DNA of 64,000 bases. It comes from Felis catus (lineage: Eukaryota). Location: the NCBI RefSeq assembly GCF_018350175.1, contig NC_058368.1, forward strand, positions 213,344,001 through 213,408,000, read 5' to 3'. How positions within the stretch are numbered: the stretch's first letter is position 1; every line of letters starts with the position of its first letter. The notes below the pieces were generated by a model. It made no database searches and was not told the DNA's origin. It saw only the letters and a list, made by a program, of their open reading frames with translations. Position numbers and translations under genes: made by a program. Of the stretch, positions 24,700 to 38,231 are shown piece after piece.

Positions 24700-25480
24700 G
24701 GGATTTAAAAATGCATATATGTGCAAATATGAATATATATTCTTTTGTTCTTTCCTTTCCTACACATGAGGCAGGGTATTGTTGTTGTTTCCATATTAGC
24801 AAACAGAGAGTGTCTCCATCCATGTTCATAGGACACAGTCTTCCATTGTGCGGATGGATGTTGCACTCTAGCCAGCCTTCCACTGATGAACCTTTGGGTT
24901 ATTTCCAATATTTCACTTCTACAATGTTACAATGAACAACCACGTATATGCGTCGTTTCATACACTAGCATACAAATCTGAGAAGTGAAGTGAGGTCGCT
25001 AGATCAAAAAGTAAATGTGTTCATAATCTTGATAGATAGCACCATATTGCACCCTATTTTGTACTCCCACCAGCAATGTATCATAGCCCCACTTCCCCCA
25101 TACATTTGCCTACATGCTGTGTCACCAAACTTTCCATCTAGTTGGTGAAATGGGATTATTAGCATAGTTTTACTATGTTTCTCTTTTATTATTAATAAAG
25201 TCAAGCACTTTCTTTACGTATTTAAAAGCCAACTATGTTTATTTCTCTGTGAACTGTCTGTTAATGTTCTGTGACCATTTTTTTTCTTATTTGCCACAAG
25301 TCTTGACTCTGTGGTATTTTTTTCCACGTGGAAGTTTTTGATTTTTGCAGAATCAAATTTATCGATGTTTTCTTTCATGGCTTTGCATTCTGGGTGATGA
25401 TAAGAAAGGCTTTTCCTCTCTAAGGTCACAAAAGAATCCATTCATAGTGTCGTCTGCTACTTTTACGGTTCATTTATTAA
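24700..25480 (-). mobile_element. Old L1 (L1ME-like) fragment
   Basis: TTTTGTACTCCCACCAGCAATGTAT, TTATTTCTCTGTGAACTGTCTGTT. Confidence 0.7.
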
Positions 25481-25571
25481 GTGCTTTGAAATCTTTATCA
25501 AAATAAATAATTGAAAGAAAAAGGAAAGTAGCTAGCAATATTTAAGACAAACACTTATTAAGAATAAACCT

Positions 25572-26004
25572 AGGGGTGCCTAGGTGGCTCAGTCAGTTAT
25601 GTGTCCCTCTCTCCTTTTTTTTGTTTAATGTTTATTTATATCTGAGAGAGAAAGAGAGACAGAGTGCAAACAGAGAAGGAGCAGAGAGAGACAGAATCCG
25701 AAGCTGGCTCCAGGCTCTGAACTGTCAGCACAGAGCCCAGTGCGGGGCTTGAACCCACAAACTGTGAGATCATGACCTGAGCCGAAGTTGGAGACTTAAC
25801 CAATTGAGCCACCCAGGTGTCCCAAGAATCCCACTCTTGATTTCAGGTCGGGTCATGATCCCATGATTCATGAGATAGAGCCCTACATCGGGCTCCGTGC
25901 TGACAGCATGGAGCCTGCTTAGGATTCTCTCTCTCCCTCTCTTCCCTCCCCCTACTCGTATGTACTCTCTCTCTCTAAATGAATAAATAAACATTAATAA
26001 AAAT
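25572..26004. mobile_element. Plus-strand Can-SINE split by a minus-strand SINEC_Fc (~25615-25823)
   Basis: The head at 25572-25605 resumes at ~25830; outer TSD AATAAACCTAG. Confidence 0.85.
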
Positions 26005-26194
26005 AATAAACCTAGCAACATTTAAGGCTACCATGTGAAGGTATTTGGAGAAGATAGCTTCTAGTATATAAGCAAAGATCAATTAACTACTGTACTTTAA
26101 CAATAATAAACATTAAATGTCATTAAAACTTGAACCCGTTAAGAAATGCTCTTATATGTGAAGATGGATATTTTGGAACAGTTATTAGGTAAGT

Positions 26195-26434
26195 CTTTTT
26201 TTTTTTTTTTAATTTTTTTAAATTTTTTTTTCAACGTTTATTTATTTTTGGGACAGAGAGAGACAGAGCATGAACGGGGGAGGGGCAGAGAGAGAGGGAG
26301 ACACAGAATCGGAAACAGGCTCCAGGCTCTGAGCCATCAGCCCAGAGCCCGACGCGGGGCTCGAACTCACGGACCGCGAAATCATGACCTGGCTGAAGTC
26401 GGACGCTTAACCGACTGCGCCACCCAGGCGCCCC
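26195..26434 (-). mobile_element. Young SINEC_Fc
   Basis: Near-identical to the 12475 copy; TSD ATTAGGTAAGT (26184-94 and 26435-45). Confidence 0.97.
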
Positions 26435-26469
26435 ATTAGGTAAGTTTTAAAGGCTCTTGGGTTTGAACT

Positions 26470-26903
26470 TTGTGCAATTCTGGACTGGAAAAGAGGCGGG
26501 GTATACTTCCCTACCCGCTGCGTCTGGCTAGCCTTGGAAACTCTGGCCAATAAAATGTGGCGGAGTAATAGTATACAACTTGGGAGATTTGCAGCTTCTC
26601 TTACTCTTGGAACTCAGACACCATGTGAAAAGGACTGGGCCAGCCTGTGGGAGACGTGTGGACTGGCCTACAGTCGGCACCAATTCTTACATGTGTGAGT
26701 GGGGCCAGGTGAAATCAACTAGCTAGTTCAAGTCAAGCTGCAGTTTTCCTACGGCCACGTGAGTAACTGCATGGGACACTGGCAGAACAGCCCAGGTAAG
26801 CCCAGTTCAAATAGCCGAACCACAGAAAAACGAGCAAGTGCTTGCTGTTTTAAGCCTCTATTTTGAGGCTATGGTTTGTTACACAGCAATAAATAATTTA
26901 TAC
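26470..26903 (+). mobile_element. MaLR MLT1-family LTR
   Basis: TCTGGCCAATAAAATGTGGCGGAG..., TGCTGTTTTAAGCCTCTA...TTTGTTACACAGCAATAAATAA. Confidence 0.75.
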
Positions 26904-27510
26904 ACATGTTTTCCTGGGGAGTTATGAATAAAGAGATAAGATAATACAAAATATTGGAAGACAGGTTCAGTTTTGCTCATTAATTTGTTCATTCACATCC
27001 TCTCCATCCCCTGCAGAGAGGATTCAATACCGCTGTGGTGGGCAGACCCAATGATCCCTGTCTTCCGGTATTCAAGCATTTGTGTAATCCCCTCCTCTTG
27101 AGTATGGGCTAAAGCTAATGACTGTTTCCTTTCTTTTCTTTTTTACATGAAATTATGTTTTATGACAATTCCTCATTTTTTTTTCTGGATAAAGATTTTA
27201 CTTTATTTTTAAAATTTTTATTTTAGTTCATTTCCCCCCCCCCCCAAGTTTTTATTTAAATTCTAGTTAGTTATCATATATGGTAAAATTGGTTTCAGGT
27301 GTAGAATTTGGTTTCAGGTGTAGAATTTTGTTGTTGGTTTCACTCAGGTCATGATCTCACAGTTTGTGAATTTGAGCTCTACATGGGGCTCTGCGCTGAC
27401 AGTGCGGAGCCTGTTTGCGATTCTCTGCCTCCCTCTCTCTCTCTACCCTTTTCCCCCTCATTCTCTACCTCTCTCTCAAAAAAATAAATAAGTAAATAAA
27501 TAAATAAACT

Positions 27511-27542
<32 letters not shown>

Positions 27543-27689
27543 CCCATTTTAACCTAACAGTTAAAAGTACATATTACAAAAAGTATATTTAAAAAAATAC
27601 AAACCTTTTTTTTCTTCTCTTAGTAATAAAGTATCTTGGGACATATTCCTAGCCAAACCTAATTCAAAGATCCCTAATTTTCATTAATA

Positions 27690-29110
27690 ACAGGTTTATT
27701 GAAGTATAATTTACATACCATACAATTCACCCTTTAAAATATATAACACAATGGTTTTTAGTGAATTCACAGTTGTGCAACCACTACCACAACCAATTTT
27801 AGAACATTCTCAACACCCCAAAAAGAAACTCTGGAACCATTAGCAGTCACTCCCCATTCTCCATCCCACCCCCAATCTCCCCAGTCCTAGGCAATCACTA
27901 ATCTACTTCCTCTTGCTATACATTTGCTTATTCTGAGCATTTCCTATGAACAGAATTGTGCAATATGTGGTCTTTTTTGACTGGCTTCTTCTACTTAGCA
28001 TGATGTTTTCAGGGTCTTCAAGTTTCAGTAGTTCATCCTTTTTATTATTTAGTAATATTTCATAGTATGAATATACCACATTTTATTCACCCATTCACAA
28101 GTTGGTGGATATTTGAGTTGTTTCTACTTTTTCATTATTATGAATAATGCTGCTGTGAATTTACACGTACAAGTATTTGCATAAACTTATATTTTTATTT
28201 TTCTGGGTCATTTGATAACACTACATTTAGAGCTTATGAGAAACTGCCAAACTTTTTTTCCTGAAGTGGTACACTATTTTACATTCCCACACGTACTGTA
28301 TGAGGGCTCTAATTTCTCCACATTGTCAATAACACTTGTTAATATCTGTCTTTTTTATTATAGCCGTTCTAGCGGGTGTGAAATGGTACCTCATTGTGGT
28401 TTTGATTTGCTTTTTCCTGAAGATGTGGAACATCTTTTCATGTGCCTCTTAGCCATTTCTTTATCTTCATTGGAAAAATGTCTATTCATATATTTTGCCT
28501 AATTTTAAATTGAGTTATTTGTGTTTTTATTATTGAGTTGTCAGAGTTAGTTATATATTCTGGATAGAAGTCCTTCATTAGATATATGATTTATATATGT
28601 CTTTTCATTTTCTTGATGGTGTCCTCTGAAGCACATTTTCTTAGATGGTGTTCTTTTAATGTTTAATTTATCTCTTTTTTCTTTTGTCACTTGAGTTTTT
28701 GGTGTCATATCTAAAAAACCTGCTCCAAGGTCATGAAGATTTATGCCTTTGTTTTCTTCTACACATTTTATATTTTTTAGCTCTTACATTTAGACCTGTG
28801 ATCCATTTTGAGTTAATTTTTGGTATATGATGTAAGGTAAGGGTTTATTTCAATTTTTTTTTTTTTTTTTTTAGAAAATTAACTTTAAGTAATCTCTACA
28901 CCCAACATGGGCCTTGAACTCACAACCCTGAGATCAAGAGTCCCATGCTTTACCAACTGAGCCAGCCAGGCACCTCTTCATTTTTTTTTTTTTTTAATGT
29001 GAATACACAGTTGTCCTTGTACCATTTCTTGAAAAGTTTATTCTTTCCCCCATTGGATTGTCTTCGCACACTTGTTGCAAATCAATTGAGCATAAATCTG
29101 AGAGGGTATT
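27690..29110 (-). mobile_element. L1 (L1MB-like) 3' end with an inserted short Can-SINE (~28855-28977)
   Basis: AACAGGTTTATTGAAGTATAATTTACATACC..., TGTGAAATGGTACCTCATTGTGGTTTTGATTTGC. Confidence 0.9.
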
Positions 29111-29469
29111 TCTAGTAACATTGTTTTCATTAAAAAAAATTTTTTTTAATGTTTATTTATTTTTTCGAGGGAGAGCGAGAGACACAGCATGAGCAGGGGA
29201 AGGGCAGAGAGAGAGGGAGACACAGAATCTGAAACAGGCTTCAGGCTCTGAGCTGTCAGCACAGAGGCTGACACAGGGCTCTAATTCATGGACCACAAGA
29301 TCACGACCTGAGATTGGATGGAGGCTTAATCAACGGAGCCACCCAGGGAGTCCTATCATCTTTTTTCTTAAAGTAGTTTCTATGCCCACTGTGGGGCCAT
29401 AAATTGACCCCAGGATCAATAGTTGCACATGCCACCAACTGAGCTAGCCAGGAGCCCCTATCCTTTAGT

Positions 29470-30245
29470 TTCAACCTATTTGCATCTGGGGCATGGCAAA
29501 TTACTCCTAGTTTAGTGTCTTCAAACAACACATGCTTATAATCTCACAGTTTCCATTGATCTGGAATTTGACGTAGCTTAACTGGGTCCTCTGCTCAGGG
29601 TCTCACAAGTTTGTAATCAAAGTATCAGCTGGTGTACATTCTCCTCTGGAGTTTGAGTCCTCTTCTAAGCTCATTCATGTTGTTGGCACAACTCAGTGGC
29701 TGTGTTTCTAAGACTGAGACCATCAGCTTTTAGAAGCTACGTTTCTTCATAGGCATTTTACAACATAGCTATTTTTTTCTTCAAGAGGAAGAAGGCAGCT
29801 CTTCTTGAGAACCATCAAGAACACTGAGAAATGTATAGAAATGTTGAATCATTATATTGTACACCTGAAATTAATATAGCACTGTATGTTTATACCTCAA
29901 TGAAAAAAGAAGAAAGGGAAGTCACTCCCTATGGAGAATCTAAAAAAAAAAAGAGGGTCTCAGCTGACTCAGGTCTCTCTCATTAGGGAAGGGTTGGATC
30001 AGCTTTCAAGGGACCCCCTGATTATGCCATGCACACCCAAGATTATCTCTCTTTCGATTAACTCAGAGTGAATTAATTAATTACTTAACTACATCTGCAA
30101 CTTTTTCTCCCCATTTTGCCATATTCTAGTAGTTAGAAGCAAGTCACAACTTCTGCCCACACTCAAGGAGAGGGGATCACACCACAGTGTAGATACCATG
30201 GTGGCAAGAATCACAAGGGACATGTTAGAATTTTGTCTATGACAG
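29470..30245 (-). mobile_element. MaLR MLT1-family LTR interrupted by a short carnivore L1 3' end (~29820-29910)
   Basis: TCTCACAGTTTCC..., GCTTAACTGGGTCCTCTGCTCAGGGTCTCACAAG, TTAGAAGCAAGTCACA. Confidence 0.7.
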
Positions 30246-31599
30246 ATGGGGACATAGGTAGAATTGCAACTTCTCTATGTATATGCCTTTTATCATTCTG
30301 ATTTTTGAAGTATGTGAATTAATTACTCATTCCAAAATAAAATGCTGTATTTTTGAGGGGTACCCGGATATCTCAGTGGGATAAGCCACCTACTCAGTTT
30401 CAGCTCAGGTCATGATTTCACGGCATTGGGCTCTGCACTGACAGCATGGAGACTGCTTGGAATTCTCTCGGTCTCAAAATAAATAAAATAAAAGGTTGAC
30501 TTCTGGTTTTCCTATTAAAAATTTTTAAATCTTTTTTTTAATGCTTATTTTTGAGAGAGTGTGAGCGGGGGAGGAGCAGAGAGAAGAGGGGGCAGAGGAT
30601 CTGAAGCGGCTCTGCACTGTCAGCAGCTAGCCCCATGCAGGGCTCGATCGAACTCAGTAAGTGCGAGATTGTGACCTGAGCTGAAGTCACGACTCAACCG
30701 ACTGAGCCGCCAAGGCGCCTCTAAAAAATATTTTTTAATCTTTGAAACTTTGCATTAGTCTCACTGGAGTTTTATGCCTTTTTTAAAAAAGGCCACTCCG
30801 CATAGTTGTTTTTACCCTAAATTCATTGAGCCACTCTGAGATCCTAATTAAGAACATGGACTTGGGAATCAGGCTGTGGAACTTTAAGCAAGATATTTAA
30901 TCTCTTTGAGTCTCAATTTCCTTTTCTGAAAAATGGCGCTAATTATAGCACATAATCAGGATGTCATGAGAACTAAGTGAGCTGTTCCATAACACAAAAT
31001 CTTAGTGTCATATGACAGTAAGCATTTATTTCAACAATCGCAGGGTGGCCGGAATGGCTCTGCAGATCTCAGCTGGGTTTGGTTAGGCTTGGCTCCAAGC
31101 TGTGTATTCGCTTTTGTCTGCTTCATTCTCATTCCTCTGGGACCAGCAGACTACCCAGAGGAAGTGTTTTCATGGCCATGAAAGAAGCTCTTCTCATGGC
31201 AGCAGCCAGGAGCACAAAAGGAAAAGTACAACCGCAGAAGCCTATTTCCTGCGTCTGCATCGTGTCGGCTGACATCCTATTTGCCGAAGACAGTCACGTG
31301 GCCAACCCGGAGGTGGAGACTTAGGGCAAGCCTACTGGCAAGGGGTGATCAAGAATCCTCCACACGCTATACCTATACGGGTAGCAAGGATGTGGATGTA
31401 TAACTATAGGGGAGTGAAAACTCGTGACCTATAGATACAGTTTAAAATTAACGTGTAAGGCACCTAGAGCCATCTCTGGAATATAAATCTTTGCAATCAT
31501 TGTAACACATGTTTTAAAAAGAAATAATGTTGTTGAATGCCTCTAAAAGTTTTGCTAGTTATGTCAATAATATTGCTGTGCTTCAGGGCATAGCTGGGG

Positions 31600-32157
31600 T
31601 AGGAATGTAAAATAGAATAGCCATTCTGGAAAACATTTTGGTAGTTTCTTAAAAAGCTAAATGCATACTCACCATGTGACCCCAATTGCACTCCTGGGTA
31701 TTTATCCCAGAGAAATGAAAACGATGTCCACACAAAACATGTACACAAATGTTCATAGCAGCTTTATTTGTGATACAACTTGGAAAGAACCCAAAGTCTC
31801 TTAATGGGTGAATGGGTAAACAAACTGTGTAATATCCACACGGTGCAATATGACTCAGTAGTAAAAAGGAACAAACTATTGATACATACAAGCTGGATGG
31901 ATTTCAAGGGAATTGTATTGAGTGGCAATGGGCAATCTCAAAGGCTACCTAGTGTATGATTCAATTTACACAACATTCTCAAATGATAAAATTATAGGAA
32001 GAACAGATTGTTGGTTGTCAGGGGTTAGAGATGGAGTGGAGGAAGGGGTGGGACTATAAAGGGTCTTTGTGAGGGATCTTCCTGGTGAGGGAACAATTTT
32101 ATCTCTTGATTGGTGGTGGTAACACAAATTTGCACATGTGGTAAAATTGCATAGAAC

Positions 32158-32203
<46 letters not shown>

Positions 32204-32395
32204 TAAGTGCATATAAAACCTATGAAATCTGAATAATGTCTGTGGATTATACCAATATTCCTTTCCTGGTTTTAGTGTTGTACTATAGACAATATAAGAT
32301 GTTACCATTGGGGAATACTGGGTTAAGACTACACAAGTCCTTTCTGTACTAATTTTACAACTTCTTGTCAATCTATATAATTATTTCAGAAAAAA
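31600..32395 (+). mobile_element. L1 (L1MC-like) 3' end containing (CA)20 at 32161-32200
   Basis: CCATGTGACCCCAATTGCACTCCTGGGTATTTATCCCAGAGAAATGAAAAC, GATGTTACCATTGGGGAA. Confidence 0.88.
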
Positions 32396-32559
32396 AAATT
32401 TTTCTCAAATTTTGAGTCATGATAAGAAACGTGCCTCCTCTCCAAGGTTATAAAAGAGTTCACTCATAGTTTTCTTCTTGTGCTTTTATAGTTTCATTTT
32501 CTAGGTGTTTTGAAATTTTAATCAGATTAAAACAGAAAGCACCTATACATCCAACTACC

Positions 32560-33545
32560 TACAAAACATCTCTTCTAGAAGGTTTCATTTACTTCTCAAA
32601 AACTCAACTGAAATAAACTCAAATGCAAACCTGTTCAGGGCCCTGTGGTACCTATCTCAGTGAATGGCTTTCCTGTGTGCTCTCACACAAGCCAGAGCTG
32701 GGGAGTCATCCTTGAAAACCTATCTTTCTTGTGGCCCACCCACTCTATAGTCAATCTTCCATTGAGTTCTATTAATTTTACTTCCTAAGTATCTTTTGGA
32801 AACTTCCACTTTGTAATGTCTCTTCTTCCATAGTTATAGTTAAGTCACTATCAGGTCCTATGGGATTATTACAGAACTAACTGGCTGCTGTATCCAATGA
32901 CCATCTCTTTCGTGTATTGGGGGAGCTTTTCAAAATGCACATCTGATAACTTTACACACTCACCCATTCCATCCTTCTCCCCACAAGGCTGGCATTTAAA
33001 AGCACCTTTGATGGCTTCTCATTGTGTTTGGTTGGAAAAAGACCAAAATCTTTAAATGGTCTTATAGCACTGCATGATTTGATCCATGTCTGTCACTATT
33101 GCTGTTGACAACACTCTCCCCCTTAGCCTACCCAAAATGGTCTTCTATTTCCTTCTCCATTATCCCATGATCTCTCCTTGCCACAGGGCCTTTGCCCATG
33201 CTTTTTTTTCCCCCCTCAGGAGTGAGAGGTTTGGTTTAGTTAATTTCTGTTCATTCTTTGGCTTACTACTTCCTCAGAGTTGCTTTCCTTGAGTCCCAGA
33301 TAAAATACAAACTTCTCATATTTTTGAGAATACATGCTCTCATAATACTGTATTACTTCTGTATTCAAATATGTTCAAAGCATTTCTCAATTTGTATGTT
33401 AATGTGTGATGATTTGCTTAATATCTATGCACTCCACTAAACAGACTCGTGAAAGCTATGGCTGTGTCTCTTTTGGTTTATTATAATATCCTCATTGCTT
33501 AGCACAGTGCCTGGCATACAGCAAATATGTATAAATGCAAATATT
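32560..33545 (+). mobile_element. L2 3' fragment
   Basis: CCACAGGGCCTTTGCCCATGC; terminal TTAGCACAGTGCCTGGCATACAG...ATAAATG. Confidence 0.75.
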
Positions 33546-34382
33546 TGTGTAATTATTGGATTAAGGACTGGGATTCTAATGAAAATATGTTTTTCATTAA
33601 TGCATGCTTGCAATTTACCAGATGTGTTATGTTGGACAGATTACTTAATTTCTCTGAATTACAGTTTCTTCACAGTAAAATGAGTGTCTTTTGTTTTTAA
33701 TTTTTAAAATGTTTTTCTTTATTTTTGAGACAGCACAAGTGGAGGAGGGGCAGAGAGAGAGAGAGAGAGGGGACAGAGGATCCAAAGCAGGCTCTGCACT
33801 GACAGCAGTGAGCCAGATGCGGGGCTCAAACTCCCAAACCCTTCTGAACCACAAGATCATGACCTGAGCCAGTTGGACCCTCAGCTGACTGAGCCAGCCA
33901 GTGCCTCTGTCTTAATCTGGGCTTCTGAGAAAGCAGAGTCTGAGATAAAGGCTTTTGTGCCACTATTTGGTTAGGGAGCGTAGCACCCAAAAACAGGAGT
34001 AAGGAAGAGGTGGAGGGAGGAGTAAAGGGGGGAGAGCCATGTCAAGAAAGTGTTGTTGAGTTTTCTGTAGCTAAGTGCCATTGACAAATTGTATAAAGGA
34101 TCTCAAAGATCCATTTGAAGAGAGAAAGGGACACTTTTATCTACCAGCTTGAAGTGCTAACTTCTGCACACTTCCAGGTTCTTCTGCATGGGCATGAGGT
34201 ATGTGGACAGGCTTTGCTGCACCAGGAGGTTAGAGTTTTGCAGAACAGCCCCACACCTAGTCTGCGGGATTTGGGTCGGAGTTCCTGGAGAACACGCCTG
34301 CCATGTTCTCAGTCATCAATAAATAAATGGTCATTGTTACTTGGAATATATATTTTGGTTTCCCAAAATATCATATCTTTCT

Positions 34383-34437
34383 TTCCTTCCTTCCTTCCTT
34401 CCTTCCTTCCTTCCTTCCTTCCTTCCTTCCTTCCTTC
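34383..34437 (+). repeat. (TTCC)n tetranucleotide microsatellite
   Basis: Read directly from the sequence. Confidence 0.95.
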
Positions 34438-34914
34438 TTTTTCTTTCTTTCCAGATAAGGTGATTTTGAAGTCTAGTTTGTGGAAAATGAACAAGGAAAA
34501 ATGCTAGAAAAACTGAAAAAAACAAATAATGAAGCTGTGGAAAGTCAGTAATTTGAAGAATGTGCATGAATAGACAGACCGTGAACATGCATTTTTGTGG
34601 ACAAAATATATGTGGCTATTCATTATATTTATTATAGCATTGTTTGTAATAGCAAAGACTGGGAAACAATCTAAATGTCCATCTATAAGGGATTGACTTT
34701 AAAAAAGTGTATTACAATAGAATATGACGCAGCTGAAACAAAGTATGAAGAAACTCTTAAGTATTGATATAGAATGTTTTCCAACATCAAGTGAAAAAAA
34801 ATCAAGATACAAAACAATGTATATTATGTGCTATTATTTGGATAAGGAAGGAAAATATATTTTCATACTTGTTTGAAAATGCATAAAAAATTCTCTGGAA
34901 GGATATCAAAGAAA

Positions 34915-35359
34915 GGATCAGTTATTTTACCAGCAAATGGGTTTATTGGGGAACACAAGAGAACTGCAATTCAGAACATGTTAAGCTATGGCAAAACCTC
35001 AGGCAAGTCCAATAAAAAAAGAGAAAAACGTTATTTGACCGAGAAGGAGGAAGTTGGGAGGGGTTGTTTTAATGAAAGTCCATTGGAGAAAAGCAAGCAT
35101 TATCAGGGTGGTGATGATTTCTTATTGGCTGAATTGCAGGGGTAGCTGATTTCTAGTAGGAGATGCAATATACATCCTTTCCCTGTTGGGGCCTGTAATT
35201 GATAATTCTTTCCTGTTGAGGATTCTTCTGTTAGGGGTCTGAAACTGACAATTCTTCCTGTAATAGAGGTTGAGTGGGCTGGCTCCCCCTTGTAGCCTCC
35301 CCTTTCTAGCCTCCTGACCTCTACTTTAGTGAGGTTTCCTGGAATTGATTTTCATAACA
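34915..35359 (-). mobile_element. ERV solo-LTR-like element
   Basis: The minus strand starts TGTTATGAAAATCAATTCC and has AATAAA at 34947-42, a CCAAT-like box and an internal ~45-bp imperfect tandem repeat (35178-35262). Confidence 0.55.
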
Positions 35360-35367
35360 ATACTATT

Positions 35368-35585
35368 TTTAAAGTTTATTTATTTATTTTTTTAGTAATC
35401 TCTATACCCGGGGTGGGGCTTGAACTCCCAACTGGAAGTTTAAGAGTTGCGTGTTCTACTTTAGGGCACCTGAGTGGCTCAGTTGGTTAAGCATCTGAGT
35501 CTTGATTTCGGCTCAGGTCATGATCTCACTCATGGTCATGAGATGGAACCTCATGGCTTTGTGCTGGGCGTGGAGCCTCCTTAAG

Positions 35586-35642
<57 letters not shown>

Positions 35643-35715
35643 CCCTCTGCCCCTCCCCACCTCCAAAAAAAAAAAATGTCTCATGCTCTACCAACTGAGC
35701 CAACCAGGTGCCCCC
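35368..35715. mobile_element. Minus-strand short Can-SINE with a plus-strand Can-SINE nested inside (~35464-35676); (CT)n at 35589-35639
   Basis: Outer duplication GATTTTCATAA(C/A)AATA(C/A)TATT at 35347 and 35716. Confidence 0.8.
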
Positions 35716-35749
35716 GATTTTCATAAAAATAATATTGTTACCTATTTGT

Positions 35750-36735
35750 TTGTATAAGCACCCAAGTATTTAAATACCTATTACCACATAACAGATGACC
35801 CAAATTTAGCAGCTTAAGACAACTGATATTTATTTCTTGCAGTTGATGTAGTTTAGAAGTTCAGGAATGGCTTAGCTGGGTGGTAATGACTGGCTCAAAA
35901 TCTTTCATGAGATTGCAATCAAGATATGAACTAAGCTGGGGAATCTGCTTCCCAGATGGCTCTCTCCTGTGGCTCTGTGCAGGAGGTCTAAGTTCCTTCC
36001 CAACTGGACCTCTCCATAAAACTGCTTGAAGGTTGGCATGCTTGGATGGCTCAGTCCATTAAGCGCCTGACTCTTGGTTTCGGCTCAGGTCATGATCTTA
36101 CAGTTTGTGAGTTTGAGCCCCATATCGGGCTCTGCACTGACAGTGCGAAGCCTGCTTGGGATTCTCTCTCTCTTTCTCTCTCCCCTCTTTCTCTCAAAAT
36201 AAACTTAAAAAAAAAAATCAGTTTGGAACCACCATACATTATAAGAAAAAGAAATGAAAAGTCTCTATTTAAAACAAAACTGCTCGAATGTCTTCATGAT
36301 ATGGCAGCTGGCCTCCCTCAGGGTGAAAGATCTGAGAGATAGAGGCAGGGAGAGAGGGAACATAAAAGAAGAAGCTGTGGACACCTGCATACATTCTACT
36401 CATTTGAATAGAGTCACTGAATCTAGTCCACACTCAAGGGAGGGGAATTAGGCTTATCTTTTTTTTTTTTTTTTTAACATTTATTCATTTTTGAGAGATA
36501 AAAACAGAGCCTGAGTGGGGGAGGTTGCAGAGAGAGAGGAAGACACAGAATCTGGAAGCAGGCTCCAGGCTCTGAGCTGTCAGCACAGAGCCCTGCGTGG
36601 GGCTCAAACCCATGGACCGCGAGATCATGACCTGAGCTGAAGTCAGGCGCTTAACTGACTGAGCCACCTAGGCACCTCAGACTTCATCTTTTGAAAGGAG
36701 TACCAGAGAATTTTGTTGAGGTATTTTGAAATCAC
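35750..36735 (-). mobile_element. MLT1-family LTR interrupted by two Can-SINEs (+ ~36035-36218; - ~36458-36678)
   Basis: AATTTAGCAGCTTAAGACAAC, GGAATCTGCTTCCCAGATGGCTC, CCACACTCAAGGGAGGGGAATTAG. Confidence 0.7.
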
Positions 36736-38160
36736 TAGGGGAGGAGAAGGGGGGAACAACTAGGTGAATAGGGGCAGGGCTTGAAGGTAGATTTTCACTA
36801 TATTCATTTTTATACTCCTTCAACTATGTATTTGATTAAACAAATAATTACGTTTCTTTAAAAAAAACATTTTAAGCTATTTGGGAAAGAAGTGCTACGG
36901 AAATAAAAGGAAAAAAAAATAGTTGAACAGGATGTGGAGAAATTGGTTGAGGTGAAATTGACCTTTGCCCAGAAAGATAGGAAAAAGGGAGGGTCTACTT
37001 TGTGTTCACCTTTCTCTCTCCTCACCCCACATTTAGCATTCTCACTTTCTAGGGTTTGGGGTGATGATGGTGTGCAGCCAGTAGGAGTTTTGGATGATGG
37101 GTTTGTAGAGGCGGGAGAACTCTGTAGCCAGAAACGTTCGACGGGACAGTTTTACCGTGAGCGTTTATCATTTATCACAGCTCAAGTCCTGTTACAACAA
37201 TATATTTCTCCTATCTGAATATTCTGTAGCCATAACCTGTGGCCACTGTTGATTTTAAATAATATTGGATGGCATACAATGCCATTTCTGGATGTTTTAT
37301 TTGTAAGCTCCATCCTTCTGGCCCTCCAAACTCCCCCTCAGGTTTGACATCTACGCTATAACATAACTTGCACAAACTGTCAAGAACGCCAAGAGGATTT
37401 CACCTAGTAATTAAATTCGGGGAGATTTAATTTGTACAAGGACGTGGCATGAAACCCAACAGGTTTATTGTCTCTATAAAAAGATCGTTAAGGTCAAGTG
37501 CACTGACGCGTACAGCACTAACAGCACTCACTGCGCCCTGGTCACTTTACAAGTCAGGAGGCGAGGAAAAAGTTCTACAAACAAAACTATTCAATTTGGT
37601 CTAACTTCTCTTTAACACATGCGGTAAATACTAAAAGTCCATTTTCAATCTATTTAAATGCAGTTACTCCTTCGGAAGGGTTAGGGAGTGTGGGCAGAGA
37701 GAGCGCGCTCTCTCTTCGCTCTATCAGCAGCGGGCAAAGTCCTTCCTGTGTCTCTTGGGGACCCCGGATTCCAAGGGGGGTCCCTTCCCCGACCCCCCTC
37801 CGCCCTTTCCCCGGCCGAGGCCAACTCTGAGGATGGCGGTGTCTGCCGTGGTAAGTGCACAGCTTGAGGCTGAGCGGGGTCCAGCCTCGCTAGGCCACGA
37901 CTCTCCCGATTCGTGGCGGGGGCCTCGCCAGTCTCTGGCGCCAGGCCCGGTTTCCCCAGGGGCGAAGGGGGAGGCGGACGGAGGGAGGACACGTCACGGG
38001 TCTCCGGAGGAGGGGGATGGCGGGCCCGGCGGCCAAGGGACGCCTAGCAGAGGGCGAGAGCCAACGGAGACCCGAGGGCCCAGCAGGGGGTCATCGTGGG
38101 CGGATCCCCGCCCTCGTCCCCCGCCGCCCGGTCCCTGCCCGACGCTTCCGGCGCCCTCCG

Positions 38161-38220
38161 GGCCCGCCCCGCGCCGGCTGTGCCACATCCTCTGGTGACG
38201 TCAGTCGGCGCCGCCATATT
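38161..38220 (+). promoter_or_regulatory. Core promoter motifs: GC box (CCCGCCCC 38163-70), full CRE TGACGTCA (38196-38203) and YY1 site CGCCATATT (38212-20)
   Basis: Exact consensus matches clustered in 60 bp, about 300 bp upstream of the ATG. This arrangement is typical of TATA-less housekeeping promoters. Confidence 0.7.
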
Positions 38221-38231
38221 GGGAAGGCGCA

